DNA of 64,000 bases from an uncultured Gemmatimonadaceae bacterium (GCA_963716745.1 OY970320.1:896001-960000); one strand, 5' to 3'. Shown: positions 41,235-52,548, counted from the first letter of the stretch. Numbers and translations are program-made. Notes: generated from the letters alone by a model not told the origin.

Positions 41235-43645
41235 TTAGCGGACACCATTTAGCTTGGGCACGCGAAATCCATCCACAAACTGGCGGAAGACATCTTCCTC
41301 GACGTCCGCCTTGAATCTCTCGATGTTCTGCCTAATACTGCCGACCGGATCATCCTTATCGACAAGAACCTCCGAGTCCTGATAAGCAACCGCCAACATG
41401 TGATAGAGACACTGATCGACCACGACCTCAGCAAGGCGATACTGTGAGGTCCGCTCCGCGTCAATCGAATCGCGAAACGATTTCTCGTCAGTGCCAAATG
41501 CTGCGCGATTGACTGCATGCAGGCTATTGATCGTGATCATGCCGGTGATCCGATCGAACTCGCTGGCATTCTTCGACAAGCCGCCCGGCAGCGCCCGATA
41601 TTGCAGTCCCTTGAAGACACCGCCAAATGGGCTCTTGGTCTCCTCGATCGAAACCAGCGCCTCTGCACGAACATTCACCTTTGGCTTCGGGAAGCAATCC
41701 GCGGTGATATGCGCCTTCTGGCCAAATCCATAGCCGCGATATGAGAGTCCAATGCGACCAACTGTCCCCGGTGGCAACAAATGGTCCTTTGTGAACTTGA
41801 CCTCTAGCTCGTCCTTCTCCACGCCCTTCGCATTGACGAGCTTCACTGTTGAATCACCCTGTGCCCTCCGCACCGAAATGAGAGTGCCAGTTGGCACAAT
41901 TAGCGGATTAACGAGTAGAGTCAGCCCCCCCAATCGATTCGGCGCTGCCTTACTCGCTTTCGGGTGAACTCAAGGCCCGAAGCGGGCGGTTCCGCAATTT
42001 CGGGTGGTATGACGTCGACCACATTCAGGCGCGCCTCTACATTGTTACCGTCAACGTCCTGGCCGAGTGCGAGAATCTCCGCCTGAGAACCAAGCTTGAA
42101 GCCGGCGATTGTGAAGCTGACCGTCAGCAGTCGCTCATTGGAGAGCACAGGCTCGAATACGGTTGAGCTTGGCTCGATACTAACATTGCCATTGTTGCTG
42201 TCCACGATAACCGTGTATTCTGGCTAGTACCCTAGCGCTGTTTGCGAGCAACCGAACGCGACGAGTTTGTCCGACCTTCAGTTGGATCCGTTCGTCCTCG
42301 AAAGCCATGACATTCGGAATGGCGGGACCTACAGAACCGGGGCCGCCTCCGGGCTGTTGTTTCGTGACGTCCTCGAACAGCTCATTCAGCTTCTGCAGCG
42401 CCTTCTTCACCTTCTTCTCTGCAGCATTGGAAAGGGCCTTCGTCGGCTCCGAGCGTCGGTCGATCTCCTTCTTCAGAATGGGTTCAAGCAGCGGCCTAAG
42501 GGTCGCGTCGAGCGCCTTGTAAAAATCGGTCCTAGTGTCGAACCCGTCGCGAGACTCGGTGAGAAGCGCCTCGCCTGCATTCAGGCGCTTCCTAATCACC
42601 TCGCGAACTCCCGTGAGTCGCACTACACCGTACACCTGGTCCAAGTAAGGTGAGCCCTCAAAGCCGAAAAGCGTCTGATCATATACGGTATCGACTTCAT
42701 CAACGACCAAGAGCCCACCCGCACGATCGTCACCAGCATCCGCACTGGGCAGAGTAGTGTCAGCGCGCACAACAATCACTTCCGCGAGAATCTCGCCATA
42801 CTCCTGATACTTCAGCTTGCAGTCGAACCTGCCGATCACCTGACCGCGTGGAAAATTGTATGTGAGATGGTGACGTTGGTCCCCTCCTCCGCGGCTCTGT
42901 TCGAGATTGACATCACAATGCGGATCGGCATTGATCAGGCGGAGCATGTAGAAGCCTGACAGGCGTGCAACAAGGCCTTCGGCATTCGGTACGCGACACT
43001 GCTCATTGAGCAGACACGAGACGTTCGTGCCGTTCTTCGAACCGATACCCCGAGTCCTGCCGCTGTTTTCGCGTTGCAGCGCCAATATCCATTACTTCAT
43101 AAACTGGTTCCTCCTGGCCAGGCCCACCCTCCCATTCAAAGGAGCATATGCTGGCGCGGTTCTCCTTTATGGTGCGCACTTGGCCCTGGTGTGTGTGAAT
43201 ACACGACATTGCCAATTCCTTGGCCAAAAAGACCCCGGGACAGCGTGTCCCTCGCCCGCACCACTCTTCTCCTCACCGTACTTCAATAATCTTCCGCATC
43301 CATCTCACCGGCAGTCATTCCTTCGGCGTGATCAATTACTTGGCACTCACGCTTTTCCAGTGAAGCCGCGGCAGCAGTAGTGCTAACTCGAATTGTGACT
43401 TCTCGGCGGGGTCTGCCCGGAAGCTCCTTGAGGAGGTCGTCGTGAATCACGTGAGTTCCAACCGGAAGGCCGAGTAGCTTCGCGATGATGCCCGTCGATG
43501 AATCCGCCGCGCCGTACATTCTCTTGTACGAGTCGTAGCTGTTGGTAACTGGTTCGGTAATCGTCTTCGCGATGCTCTGTTGGACAGCCTTGTTAAACTG
43601 TCGTTTCCACTTTCTTGTTGCGAGGGTCAACTTGCGCTTCGTCAT
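41235..43645 (-). CDS. Large (~800 aa) GHKL (Hsp90/MutL/MORC-like) ATPase; about five frameshifts
   Basis: ITEPVTNSYDSY (motif I), VIDHAEGMT (motif II), YGEEKSG...VRGLFGQG (motif III, after frame correction), NGTNV (motif IV); LLTESRDGFD in the S5-like region. Confidence 0.8.
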
Positions 43646-44357
43646 TCGTATCTCCTACGGTTCGGCGGTGGTAGTCGCGAGGTCAGCGCTTCCTGGAACA
43701 ACGTCGAGAATCGTTCGCGAAGTTCATTAAGAAGTTGACCACATCGTCGTCTCCGACTGAGGCGGCGGTCGTTCTTAGTCGCGCTAAGCGGTGCGTCAGC
43801 GCCTCGGGCGGCGTGTGCGAGTATGCCTCCAGGACATCAAGAGCCTCGAGTGCGTCCGCATTCTCCCAGCCAAGCTGGAATTTTTGCCAAAGCGCTGAGG
43901 TGCGTATTCGCGCAACTCCATCTTCAGCATGCACCGTTCGTTTTACCTTGCCGCCTGGTTCCGCCTGGAGGTCAGATGGCGAGAGCTTAAGATTCACGCT
44001 CGCGTTCGTCCCGAGCTTCCCCATCAACGCGCGCGCCTCTTCTTCTCCTCCGACCGTTAGCTGCCATCCCAGTCGAGTCTTACCGGTGGCCCAATTCCGA
44101 TACTTGGGGCGGAGCTGCAGGAGTGCTCTGTTGACCCGCGTCGCATCTGGGTACTCCGCGAAGCCAACCATTGCAAACCTTCTCGGAAACATTCGAAACA
44201 ATGCCACCGCAATGTTCTCGAACGTTGCCGGTACATCAAGATCAGAGAGCACTTTGATGGCGAACACGGTCAAGCGATTCAGATCGATGGCCGAGTACCG
44301 ATCTGCCTCATAGGGCTTCAGGCCCATGATCGCCGTGGGAGTTGAAGCTTTACTCAC
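43642..44357 (-). CDS. Hypothetical protein, probable winged-helix; frameshift near the C-terminus
   Basis: TFENIAVALFRMFPRRFAMVGFAEYPDATRVNRALLQLRPKYRNW..G....GWQLT..G; GTG start overlaps the corrected MTase stop and the corrected stop overlaps the ATPase ATG. Confidence 0.7.
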
Positions 44358-45259
44358 TTGAGCGTGGGTTCTGGAATTGTGAGCTCCTTGGTCCAAGGAT
44401 TCCTTGTCAATGAGCTGTCGGCGGGTGGCACGTAGATCGGGCGTCCATACGCCCGAAGAGGAAGTTTGCCCGCCGCGGCCTGCCGAGCTCGCGTACGACA
44501 ATCCGGACATACGATGCATGTATGTCAGATCCTATCGCGCGCCGACCTCGCAAAACGGCGGCGGCGATCGTCGTGCCTGAACCCATGTATGGATCACACA
44601 CCGCGTCGCCGCGATCCGTAAGGGCGAGGATCAGGCGATCGGCCAGCTCAAGCGGAAACTGACAAGGGTGATCAGTTTTTTCGGGATGATTGTGCTTGAC
44701 GTTGGGGATTGCCCAAACATTGCCGGGATTCTGACCATTGGGGTTTGATGAGAACTGACCCTTCTTTGGCCCCTTGTAGTGCCTCTTGCCTGGGTATTTT
44801 TGCGGAACACGCACATGCTCGAGATTGAACTTGTAGCGTTTGCTCTTTGTGAACCATGAGATAGTCTCGTACCTTCCCGAGAATCGCTGGTTGCAATGCA
44901 ATCCATGCTCGAAATGCCACACGATTCTATTGCGCATTTCTGAATCCGGAGTCGATGAACTCCCTATAAAGCAGTGAATCAAGAGGGTACACCTGACCCG
45001 AGCGCACATAGTTTCCAACCTGCCAGCATATGCTACCGTTGGGCTTCAGGACGCGCGCGCACTCAGAAATCACAAGCCGCTGGTTCGCCAAGTATGAATT
45101 GATGTCTGTCCTCTCCTCGTAACTCTTGCCGAGGTTGTACGGCGGCGATGTCAGCACCAGCATTACTGATTCGTCGGGTAGTGATCGCAGGAACGCCAGA
45201 CAGTCGCCTGTATGCAGCACGACGTCTGCGTCGCTGCGGTGAGACTTGCTAATCTTCAT
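44354..45259 (-). CDS. Site-specific DNA methyltransferase, beta class (N4-C/N6-A); two frameshifts
   Basis: Motif IV TSPPY near the N-terminus, HPCQFP, motif I DPYMGSGTT near the C-terminus. Confidence 0.92.
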
Positions 45260-46345
45260 TCTCCTCCCCCGGAGCTATTGTGGATCGGGTGCCTATGCGT
45301 TGCATGTGCGCCTGCGTTCCTGAGTTGGTCCAACGCGGACTCGCCACCGCGTGCGATCGCGAACCGAGCGGACCTACCGGTCTTGATGCGGGTAATTAGT
45401 CGCAAGTCTTGCATGCGTCCCAACGCACCAGCTTTCATGGTCTGTACCGTCGCTTCTGACAGGCGGGAAGGAAGGTTTTGTTTTGCGAGTTGATCCAACT
45501 CTTCAACAGACAGTTCACTCTCGAGGAGGCCAGTAAGAATTGCCATCAGGCAAGAACGTTCACGGGGAATTCTCTCCGCGGCGTTATCGAGATACCATCC
45601 GGATCTCGTCGGCCGAGAGCGCCGTACTTAGGTCACCAGCGTCGAGGGCAGGATTAGGCAGCTTGGCAAACGTGAGTCCGCCGGCGGTCAGCCCCACGCG
45701 ATTCTTTTCAGCGACGCCCGCGAGGCCAAGTTCAAACAGAGCTCCGCTCGCTCGCCCCTTCCTGTCGACTCTGCCGAAATAGTGGTCCCCAAATCGTTCT
45801 CTGGCTCTAAAGAGCGGCTCGCGGCTCGGCAGGCCTGTGAGAAGGCTTTCGTCGCCTGGCGGCCTGGCCACTCCGTATCGCGTAGCGATCCACCTGCCCG
45901 CCGCTTCCGCGCGCACGCTCGCGAGATTCTTGGCGGCTTCGAGGTCAGTTGGCCCCATCGCCGACTCTCTGAGTAGTGAGCGCAACGCGATCTTGATCGG
46001 GAACACGCGATTTACAATTCCCCAAAGCCAACCGTGATCAGCCACTCTCATGCTGGCGGCAGCCGATAAGTCCAGCGTTGCTACTGGCTCCCCGTGGAGC
46101 ACGCCAAGATCAGAGAATGAGGTATTCTCGGAAGGCTGATGTGCGAAGACTGATCGGCTCCGCATTGATTCACGATCGCCTGCGGCGAGCGAAGGCCCCT
46201 CCTCGCGCCCAGTCGGCGCCTCCAGCGAGAGCTGATTCTCAATTGCGAGAGTAGCGAACTGGCCCACAGAGGCAAAGCCGCCGGCTTCCACTGCCCGCTG
46301 TACCCTATCGAATAACCCCGACGGGACGTCAATTAGAATTCTCAT
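45256..46345 (-). CDS. Hypothetical protein with N-terminal RHH-like and C-terminal wHTH-like segments; frameshift near 45590
   Basis: MRILIDVP..LFDRVQRAVEAGGFASVGQFATLAIENQL; WGIVNRVFPIK; GALGRMQDLRLI.R; stop overlaps the MTase ATG. Confidence 0.65.
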
Positions 46346-46378
46346 GGCAACGGATCCTCTATGACTGCGACCGGATGC

Positions 46379-46434
46379 ATCATATAATACAGCTGATGTC
46401 TTGTCAATAGCAACCGATGTATCAAATCGATACA
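46379..46434 (-). promoter_or_regulatory. Sigma70 promoter of the island operon with an upstream inverted repeat
   Basis: Minus strand TTGACA (46407-46402), 17 bp spacer, TATGAT (46384-46379); palindrome TGTATC-N5-GATACA at 46418-46434. Confidence 0.75.
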
Positions 46435-46574
46435 ACCGTTCCTCGTTCCCCATCGACAGACTCGGCGGCCGTCCAAAGATCCGGTTTGCCATCGGGGGAG
46501 GCTTCTCAGGATGGAGAGTTCTTCCCTCGGAACCTGGCAGCATCAGAGGTACCGCCCACCGACGCGACGGTAAG

Positions 46575-46610
46575 AAAAAAAAGCCCCACCGCGATATCGC
46601 GGCGAGGCTT
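46575..46610 (-). terminator. Rho-independent terminator downstream of tRNA-Pro
   Basis: Minus strand AAGCCTCGCCGCGATATCGCGGTGGGGCTT followed by a T-run. Confidence 0.8.
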
Positions 46611-46624
46611 CATCTTCAATTCAA

Positions 46625-46698
46625 TCGGGACGGCGGGATTTGAACCCGCGACCCCCTGAACCCCATTCAGGTGCGCTACCGGGCTGCGCTACGTCCCG
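46625..46698 (-). tRNA. tRNA-Pro (anticodon GGG); CCA not encoded
   Basis: CGGGACG-TA-GCGC..GCGC-A-CCTGA-ATGGGGT-TCAGG-GGGTC-GCGGG-TTCAAAT-CCCGC-CGTCCCG-A cloverleaf. Confidence 0.97.
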
Positions 46699-46792
46699 CT
46701 CCTCTGCCTCGGAGCAAGGACCGGAATCTACTCGCGCGACGATGCCCCGACAACCGCCGCCGCACTCCGCGCCCGCGCGACGCCCCCGGCGC

Positions 46793-47446
46793 TCACTCCC
46801 TGCCCCGGCGCACGCCGACGAACGGCAGCAGCGCCCGCACCTGCTCGCGATACTCCGCGTACGGCCGGCCGAGCGCGGCAACGAGCATCTCGTCTTCCAC
46901 TCTCACGCGGTACGCGTACGCCGCGAGGGTCGCGACGAGACTCGCGGCGAGGGTCACGGCGTTCCCGCTCGCCATCGCGACGCCGTTCAGACAGAGCAGT
47001 GATCCGAGATAACCGGGATGCCGCACCCACCGGTACGGACCGTCGCGCGACACTCTGTGCTCGGCGTTCACGAGCAGCGTCCGCGTGTAGCGCTCGCGCA
47101 GAGTGAGCACGGCCCACAGCCGCAGCGCGAAACCCGCGACGCCGAGTGCCACGCCCGTCCACGCGGCCGCGGGCATGCCGGGGATCGCGGCGTCGCGGAA
47201 CCAATGCGGCAGCCACCCCGCGTAGCCGGGCGAGTTGGCCTTCATCGCGAGGACGAATCCGAACACCGGCACGAGCGACGCGGCGGACAGGATCCACGTG
47301 CTCTTCCGGTCGTACTCGCCGCCGCGATGAGCCCGCGCGCGCGCGCCGAAGCGGAGCTCGGCCTGCAGCATGTACAACAGGAGCACGACGATGGCGGACT
47401 GGCCGTACGCGGGGAGTTCGGCGAAGCGGTTGATCCAGTCGGACAT
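46793..47446 (-). CDS. Isoprenylcysteine carboxyl methyltransferase-family membrane protein
   Basis: GPYRWVRHPGYLG and RVRVEDEML...G..YAEY motifs. Confidence 0.88.
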   Translation of the reverse strand: MSDWINRFAELPAYGQSAIVVLLLYMLQAELRFGARARAHRGGEYDRKSTWILSAASLVPVFGFVLAMKANSPGYAGWLPHWFRDAAIPGMPAAAWTGVALGVAGFALRLWAVLTLRERYTRTLLVNAEHRVSRDGPYRWVRHPGYLGSLLCLNGVAMASGNAVTLAASLVATLAAYAYRVRVEDEMLVAALGRPYAEYREQVRALLPFVGVRRGRE

Positions 47447-47458
47447 CAGCTGTCGCCG

Positions 47459-47870
47459 CTACGGCAGCGCGGTGCCGCTGAGCGTCACGTGCACGTGCGC
47501 GCTGCCCGGTTGGGCCACGACGTCGAGGGTCGCATTCTTCGTGCCGATGCTGCTCACGGGAGTGAACTCGACCCTGATGGTGCACGTGGCGCTGGCGACG
47601 ACGGCGCCCGCGGCGGCGCAACCGTCGGCGATGATCGTGAAGTCACCGGCGTTCGGTCCGCTCAATCCGTTGGCGAACGATGTCGTCGCTGCGTTGCCCG
47701 CGTTGGTGATCGTGAAGTCCTTGAACGCCGAGGAATCGCCGAGGTTCACGTTCCCGTAGCCCCACGTCAGGGGGTTCGCGAGGAGGATGATGCGAGGACG
47801 GAGTCGTTGGGGTGCTGCTGCAGGCTCCGACGAGAGCGGCGAGCGCGAGAAGGATCGGCGTGCGCTTCAT
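47459..47870 (-). CDS. Small lipoprotein with Ig-like (choice-of-anchor D/ASH) domain; frameshift near 47790
   Basis: Lipobox VGAC; FTITNAG...DFTI..DGC.....ATCTIRVEFTP...G.KNATL. Confidence 0.7.
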
Positions 47871-47923
47871 CCAGGGGCTCCCGCGGAATCTACGCGCGCA
47901 GCGGGGGCGACAACGGCTACTGC

Positions 47924-48050
47924 AACTACCGGGAACCGATTGCCGGGAACCGGTGAGGAATAACAAAGAATGCATTACGACATCGCGCGATGTCGTAACA
48001 CCATGCTTTGTCATGCAACACCGGTTCCCGGCAATCGGTTCCCGGCAGTT
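47924..48050. repeat. Family A hairpin element, copy 14
   Basis: Full palindrome. Confidence 0.95.
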
Positions 48051-48076
48051 ACAGGCCACTCAGATCGGCGGAGTGG

Positions 48077-49424
48077 TCACGACCTGCGCGAGAAGCCGCT
48101 CAGCAGACCGCCGCCGTCGGAACCGATCGTGTACGCACGGTGGTCACGTGGAGATTCGCCGCCGCGGTCGCATTGCCGAGCGCGCCAAAGAACACGGTGG
48201 TGGTGCCGAAATCGGGTGAGGTCGCTTGGGCATCCCCCTGGCAACAGGAAGGCCTTCACGAGGCCATCCACGCAGAGAAGATACAAATTGACCGACCCTT
48301 CCTTCCTGACCCGGTACTTGTGAGAGGACAGTCGCAGTCACGTTGAAGGAGGCTCCGGGGGTAGCGACGTCGCTCCACAAGCCGGTGACCGGATCCAGGT
48401 GCACGAACGCGACGTGGTCCTCATAGAACCCCAGGACCGCTTGCGTCCCCGTCGCGCCAGGCTGGACGATACCGATCACGGCCTGTATGGGAACGCCAGC
48501 GATGGCGCTTCCAAGCTTTCCTTCCAGGAAAATGGAGGCGAGGCTCGGCGCATCCAGAGAATCGTTGCGCGCGATGTAGATGGAGCTGGTGCCGGTCGCG
48601 GCCGTGAGCACCAGGTCGGTGCCAATGTTGAACGTCTCGCTGCCCAGCGTTGTGTACTGATTGACCTGCGTGTACGGCGTCTTCCATCGCGGCTTCGCGA
48701 ACTGGTCGGGCAGCGAATCGGTCTTCCCGCTATATGAGTAGGCCCACAACGTGTCATTCGGCGGCGGCCACGCGGCGTTCACCATGAGCACGAAGGTGAA
48801 TGAATGCACGGTATCGCCGGTGGACGGCTTGAATGAGCCGGTGAACTTCCACTGCTGATCGGATGTGAGATCGGTTCCGGGCGAACCCTGCACTGCCGTG
48901 GGGCGGTCCTTGTACCAGAAGAACGGCTGGTTCAGGGCCGTGAAGAAGCCCAAGCCAGCGTAGTTCGCAACCGTGATGGTGCAGGCGACGCACGGCGTAC
49001 TCTGCGTGATCACCGGCGAGCTCGAGAAGCCGATGAACACGCCGCTCGTGTCAGGCGGCGCCGGATTGGTCGCCGAGTAGTTCGACCCGATCGGGAAGCT
49101 CAGCAGATTCTCCATGTGGACGTTGAACGTCCACGTCCGATTCACGGGCGCATTGTCGACGAGACTCACGAAAGTCCCGGTGATCGCCACGGTGGTAGAG
49201 CCGCCGTAAATGGCTGGACTGACAGCGCTGTTCTTCCCGACCGCGGCCTGCGCGCCCATTGGCACGAACTCGGCCGTCATCGTCTTTCCAGTCACCGTGC
49301 CGCGGATCATGCCGAGAGGCGCAGGACGCCCGCGCGGAGCGAGGGGTGCATTGCCCGTCGGGCCGTCGCTGCAGGCAGCGACGGCGAGGAGAATGAACGC
49401 GGCTTGGAAGAGGCGGTTAGTCAT
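48077..49424 (-). CDS. Putative lipoprotein of unknown function; C-terminus frameshifted
   Basis: Lipobox VAAC-SDGPT; long beta-rich Ser/Thr/Pro-rich ORF. Confidence 0.6.
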
Positions 49425-49548
49425 GGGGGAAATGTACACCATTTGGGCGCAAGAGGTGCCTACTAATTCTGACCAGTAAGACCCGAAGTTGCAACAAATT
49501 GTGGCGGAAGGGGAGGGCTAAGGGGCTCGGGGAATGTTCGGGGCCTCT

Positions 49549-49682
49549 AACAGCCGGGAACCGGTTGCCGGGAACCGGTGAGGAATGACAATGCATGGTG
49601 CTACGGCACCGCGCAATGAAGTGATGTAATGCGTTGTCATGCCACACCGGTTCCCGGCAATCGGTTCCCGGTAGTTGCAGTT
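49549..49682. repeat. Family A hairpin element, copy 15
   Basis: Full palindrome between divergent genes. Confidence 0.95.
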
Positions 49683-49754
49683 AACCTCTGGCACCCCGCC
49701 CAAGCTCGGGCCATGTTCGGCGCTCGCGCACGTCTCCTCTGCCCCGGGCCCGAC

Positions 49755-51344
49755 ATGAATCGCACTGCTCGTTGCCTCCTATTCTGCCGCTGCCATCATT
49801 CCGGCCGCCCGAGGCGCCGCCCAGCAGCTGCCCGGCTGCGCAATTCACCGATCCCGATCGAGCCGCGAAGCTCGCCGCGGCGTATCCGGCTATCGATTCG
49901 CTATTCGCGGCCATGGCGCTTCGCGAGCATATCCCCGGCGCGGCGTGGGGCATCGTGATCGACGGGAGACTCGGCCACATCGGCGCGGCCGGTGTTCGCG
50001 ATATCGCGACGAAGTCCCCAGTGGACACGAATTCCGTGTTCCGCATCGCGAGCATGACCAAGAGCTTCACGGCGGCGAGCATCCTACTATTGCGTGATGA
50101 GGGCAAGCTTTCGCTCGATGATCCTGCGGAAAAGTGGGTCCCGGAGCTGAAGGGACTTCGCGCCACAAAGGACTCGCCGACGCTCACGATCCGCATGCTC
50201 CTGTCGCACGACACCGGTTGGCCCGAGGACAATCCGTGGGGCGATCAGCAGCTCTCGATCGCCGACAGCACGCTGAGTCGCATGATCGCGCACGGCATTC
50301 CCTTCTCGCACGCGCCCAACACGGCGTACGAATATTCGAACTACGCATTCATGATCCTTGGCCGCATCGTGTCGCGCGCGAGCGGAATGCCGTACCGGCA
50401 ATTCGTGCAAACGCGCCTGCTCACGCCGCTGGGCATGAAGTCGAGCACGCTCGAAGTCGCCATGGTGCCGAAAGACAAGCTCACGCTCGGATACCGCTGG
50501 GAAGACGGCACCTGGAAGCTCGAGCCGCAGCTGCCCGACGGCGCCGGCGGACCGATGGGCGGCATGCTCGTGAGTCCGCACGACATGGGCGTGTGGATCG
50601 CGAACATGCTCTCGGCGTGGCCGCCGAGCGATGCGCCGGAGACGGGACCGGTGAGGCGGAGTTCGCTGCGCGAGATGCAGCAGATGCACCGCACGCGGCC
50701 GCCGCAGGTCACGTACGACACGCTCACGAAGCACGTGACGCTCTTCGCGCCCGGTTATGGATTTGGTCTGCGCATCGTTGCCAATTGCAATTTTTCGCAC
50801 ATCGTGGCGCACGCGGGCGGACTGCCGGGATTCGGATCGTCTGATGATCTGGCTGCCGGAATACGGAGTGGGGCTGTTCGCGTTCGGGAATCGCACATAC
50901 ACGGATTACAGCGCGGCGAGCGATTCGGTGTTCGCGCTGCTGAAGAGGACGGGCGGGCTCGAGCGGAGAACGCCGGTGCCGGCGCCGGCGCTCGTGAAGG
51001 CGCGCGACCAGGTGAGCCGCCTCGTGATCAAGTGGAGCGACGCGCTCGCGGATTCACTCGCGTCAATGAATCTCTACCTCGACCACTCGAAGTCCCATCG
51101 CATCGCGCAACTCGACTCGCTGCACGCGAAAGTCGGCGCGTGCACGGCCGCAACGAATTGGTTCGTGGTGGAGAATGCGCTGCGCGGACAGTGGATCATG
51201 CCGTGCGAACGAGGAGCCATATGGGTGAGCATCACGATGGCGCCGACAATGCCGCCGTCGGTGCAATTCCTCGATGTGGCGGAGGAATCGACGGCGATGG
51301 CGAATGCGGTGAGGCACCCGGAGGAACGGAACTGCAGGAACTGA
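49755..51344 (+). CDS. Serine hydrolase, beta-lactamase (class C-like) family; frameshifts near 49790 and 50840
   Basis: FRIASMTK (SxxK), YEYSN, HAGGLPGF motifs. Confidence 0.88.
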
Positions 51345-51477
51345 ACTGCGACTGCCGGGAACCGATTGCCGGGAACCGGTGATGCATGACAAACGCATGG
51401 TGTTACGACATCGCGCAATGTCGTAACACCATGCGTTGTTATGCCTACCGGTTCCCGGCAATCGGTTCCCGGTAGTT
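51344..51477. repeat. Family A hairpin element, copy 16
   Basis: Full palindrome abutting a TGA stop. Confidence 0.95.
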
Positions 51478-51485
51478 CCGCCTCA

Positions 51486-52323
51486 CTATCTCACGACCGT
51501 CCCCTCCCTGATCGTGATCGTCTGCACGTGCTCCTTCGCGCCGTCGAGCGTCAGCACCGCGTTCCAGCCCTCGAACGCGTAAGTCGCCAGCGAGCCATTC
51601 ACGAATTGCGGCGCGCCCCAACCGGAGAGCACGTCCTCGCGCCCGCTGCCGATGTGCACGCCGAGCACATCGGCGTTGGACAGCCGGCCTGCCGCGATGA
51701 GAATCGCGCCCGACCGTGGGCGCGAGCTTCACTTCCATCTCGCGACTCGGGAATCGAAGCGTCACGATGCCTTCGGCGAGCGTGCTGTCCTCCGGATCGC
51801 CGAGTGCCGCCGCGATCGCCGCCCGGCTGGCACCGAGCATGACGCCCGCGATGTTCACTTTCGGATCGCCCGTCTTCCACACCGGCACGAAGAGCGCGGT
51901 GGTCGGCCGACTCGCATCAGGCGCGCGAAGCTTGTGCGCGAGCTTGTAGTACGTCGGTTCGCCGAACCAGGCGAGGAAATCCGACAGCGGCTGCTCCCCT
52001 TCGCGCGTTTCGATCGGCCCCCGAGGACCCGCGGTCACGGCCATGTACCAAGGCCACCAAATGATGTAGCCGTCGCCGGGCACATCGACGCGATTGAATT
52101 GCGGATCGCCCGGCACCAGCTCGGCCGGCGTCATGTGATAGTGGAAACCGCCTCGGCAATACTTGGACCACACCGTCCACGCGCCGTCCCGATCCTCCTC
52201 TCGCGACACGGGAAGCGTATGCACCGTTGAGTCGCGAACGCCGCAATAGGGGCCCCATGCCGCCTGGGACCGGGCCACGACAGCGGTGGCGACGACGAGC
52301 GATGCAACGGCAACGAGGCGCAT
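51486..52323 (-). CDS. Secreted hypothetical protein; frameshift near 51700
   Basis: Signal peptide; two related IAGVMLGASRAAIAAALGDP / MLGVHIGSGREDVLSGWGAP units. Confidence 0.55.
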
Positions 52324-52425
52324 GCTGCGCAGGACCACGAATGCCTCCGGGTGCGAACGGGTCTGAACTGCTGGAGAATAGGTCGGTTCCCGGGCACGGA
52401 AGCAAGTGTGGGTGAACGACAGCCG

Positions 52426-52548
52426 CCGGGAACCGATTGCCGGGAACCGGTGATGCATGAAAACGCATGGTGTTACGACATCGCGCGAGTGTCGTAACAC
52501 CATGCTTTGTTATGCCTCACCGGTTCCCGGCAATCGGTTCCCGGTAGT
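52426..52548. repeat. Family A hairpin element, copy 17
   Basis: Full palindrome, very similar to copy 16. Confidence 0.95.

Larger units (their letters stand above)
37700..46570. mobile_element. Genomic island downstream of tRNA-Pro (defence-type cargo; no integrase seen; left border approximate)
   Basis: Visibly more A/T-rich with different codon usage; no family A repeats; abuts the tRNA 3' end and its terminator. Confidence 0.7.

Noticed and set aside
41235..43645. Four or five separate small genes, or programmed frameshifting, in the ATPase region
   Set aside because: GHKL motifs continue across frame breaks, and similar indels occur throughout the window
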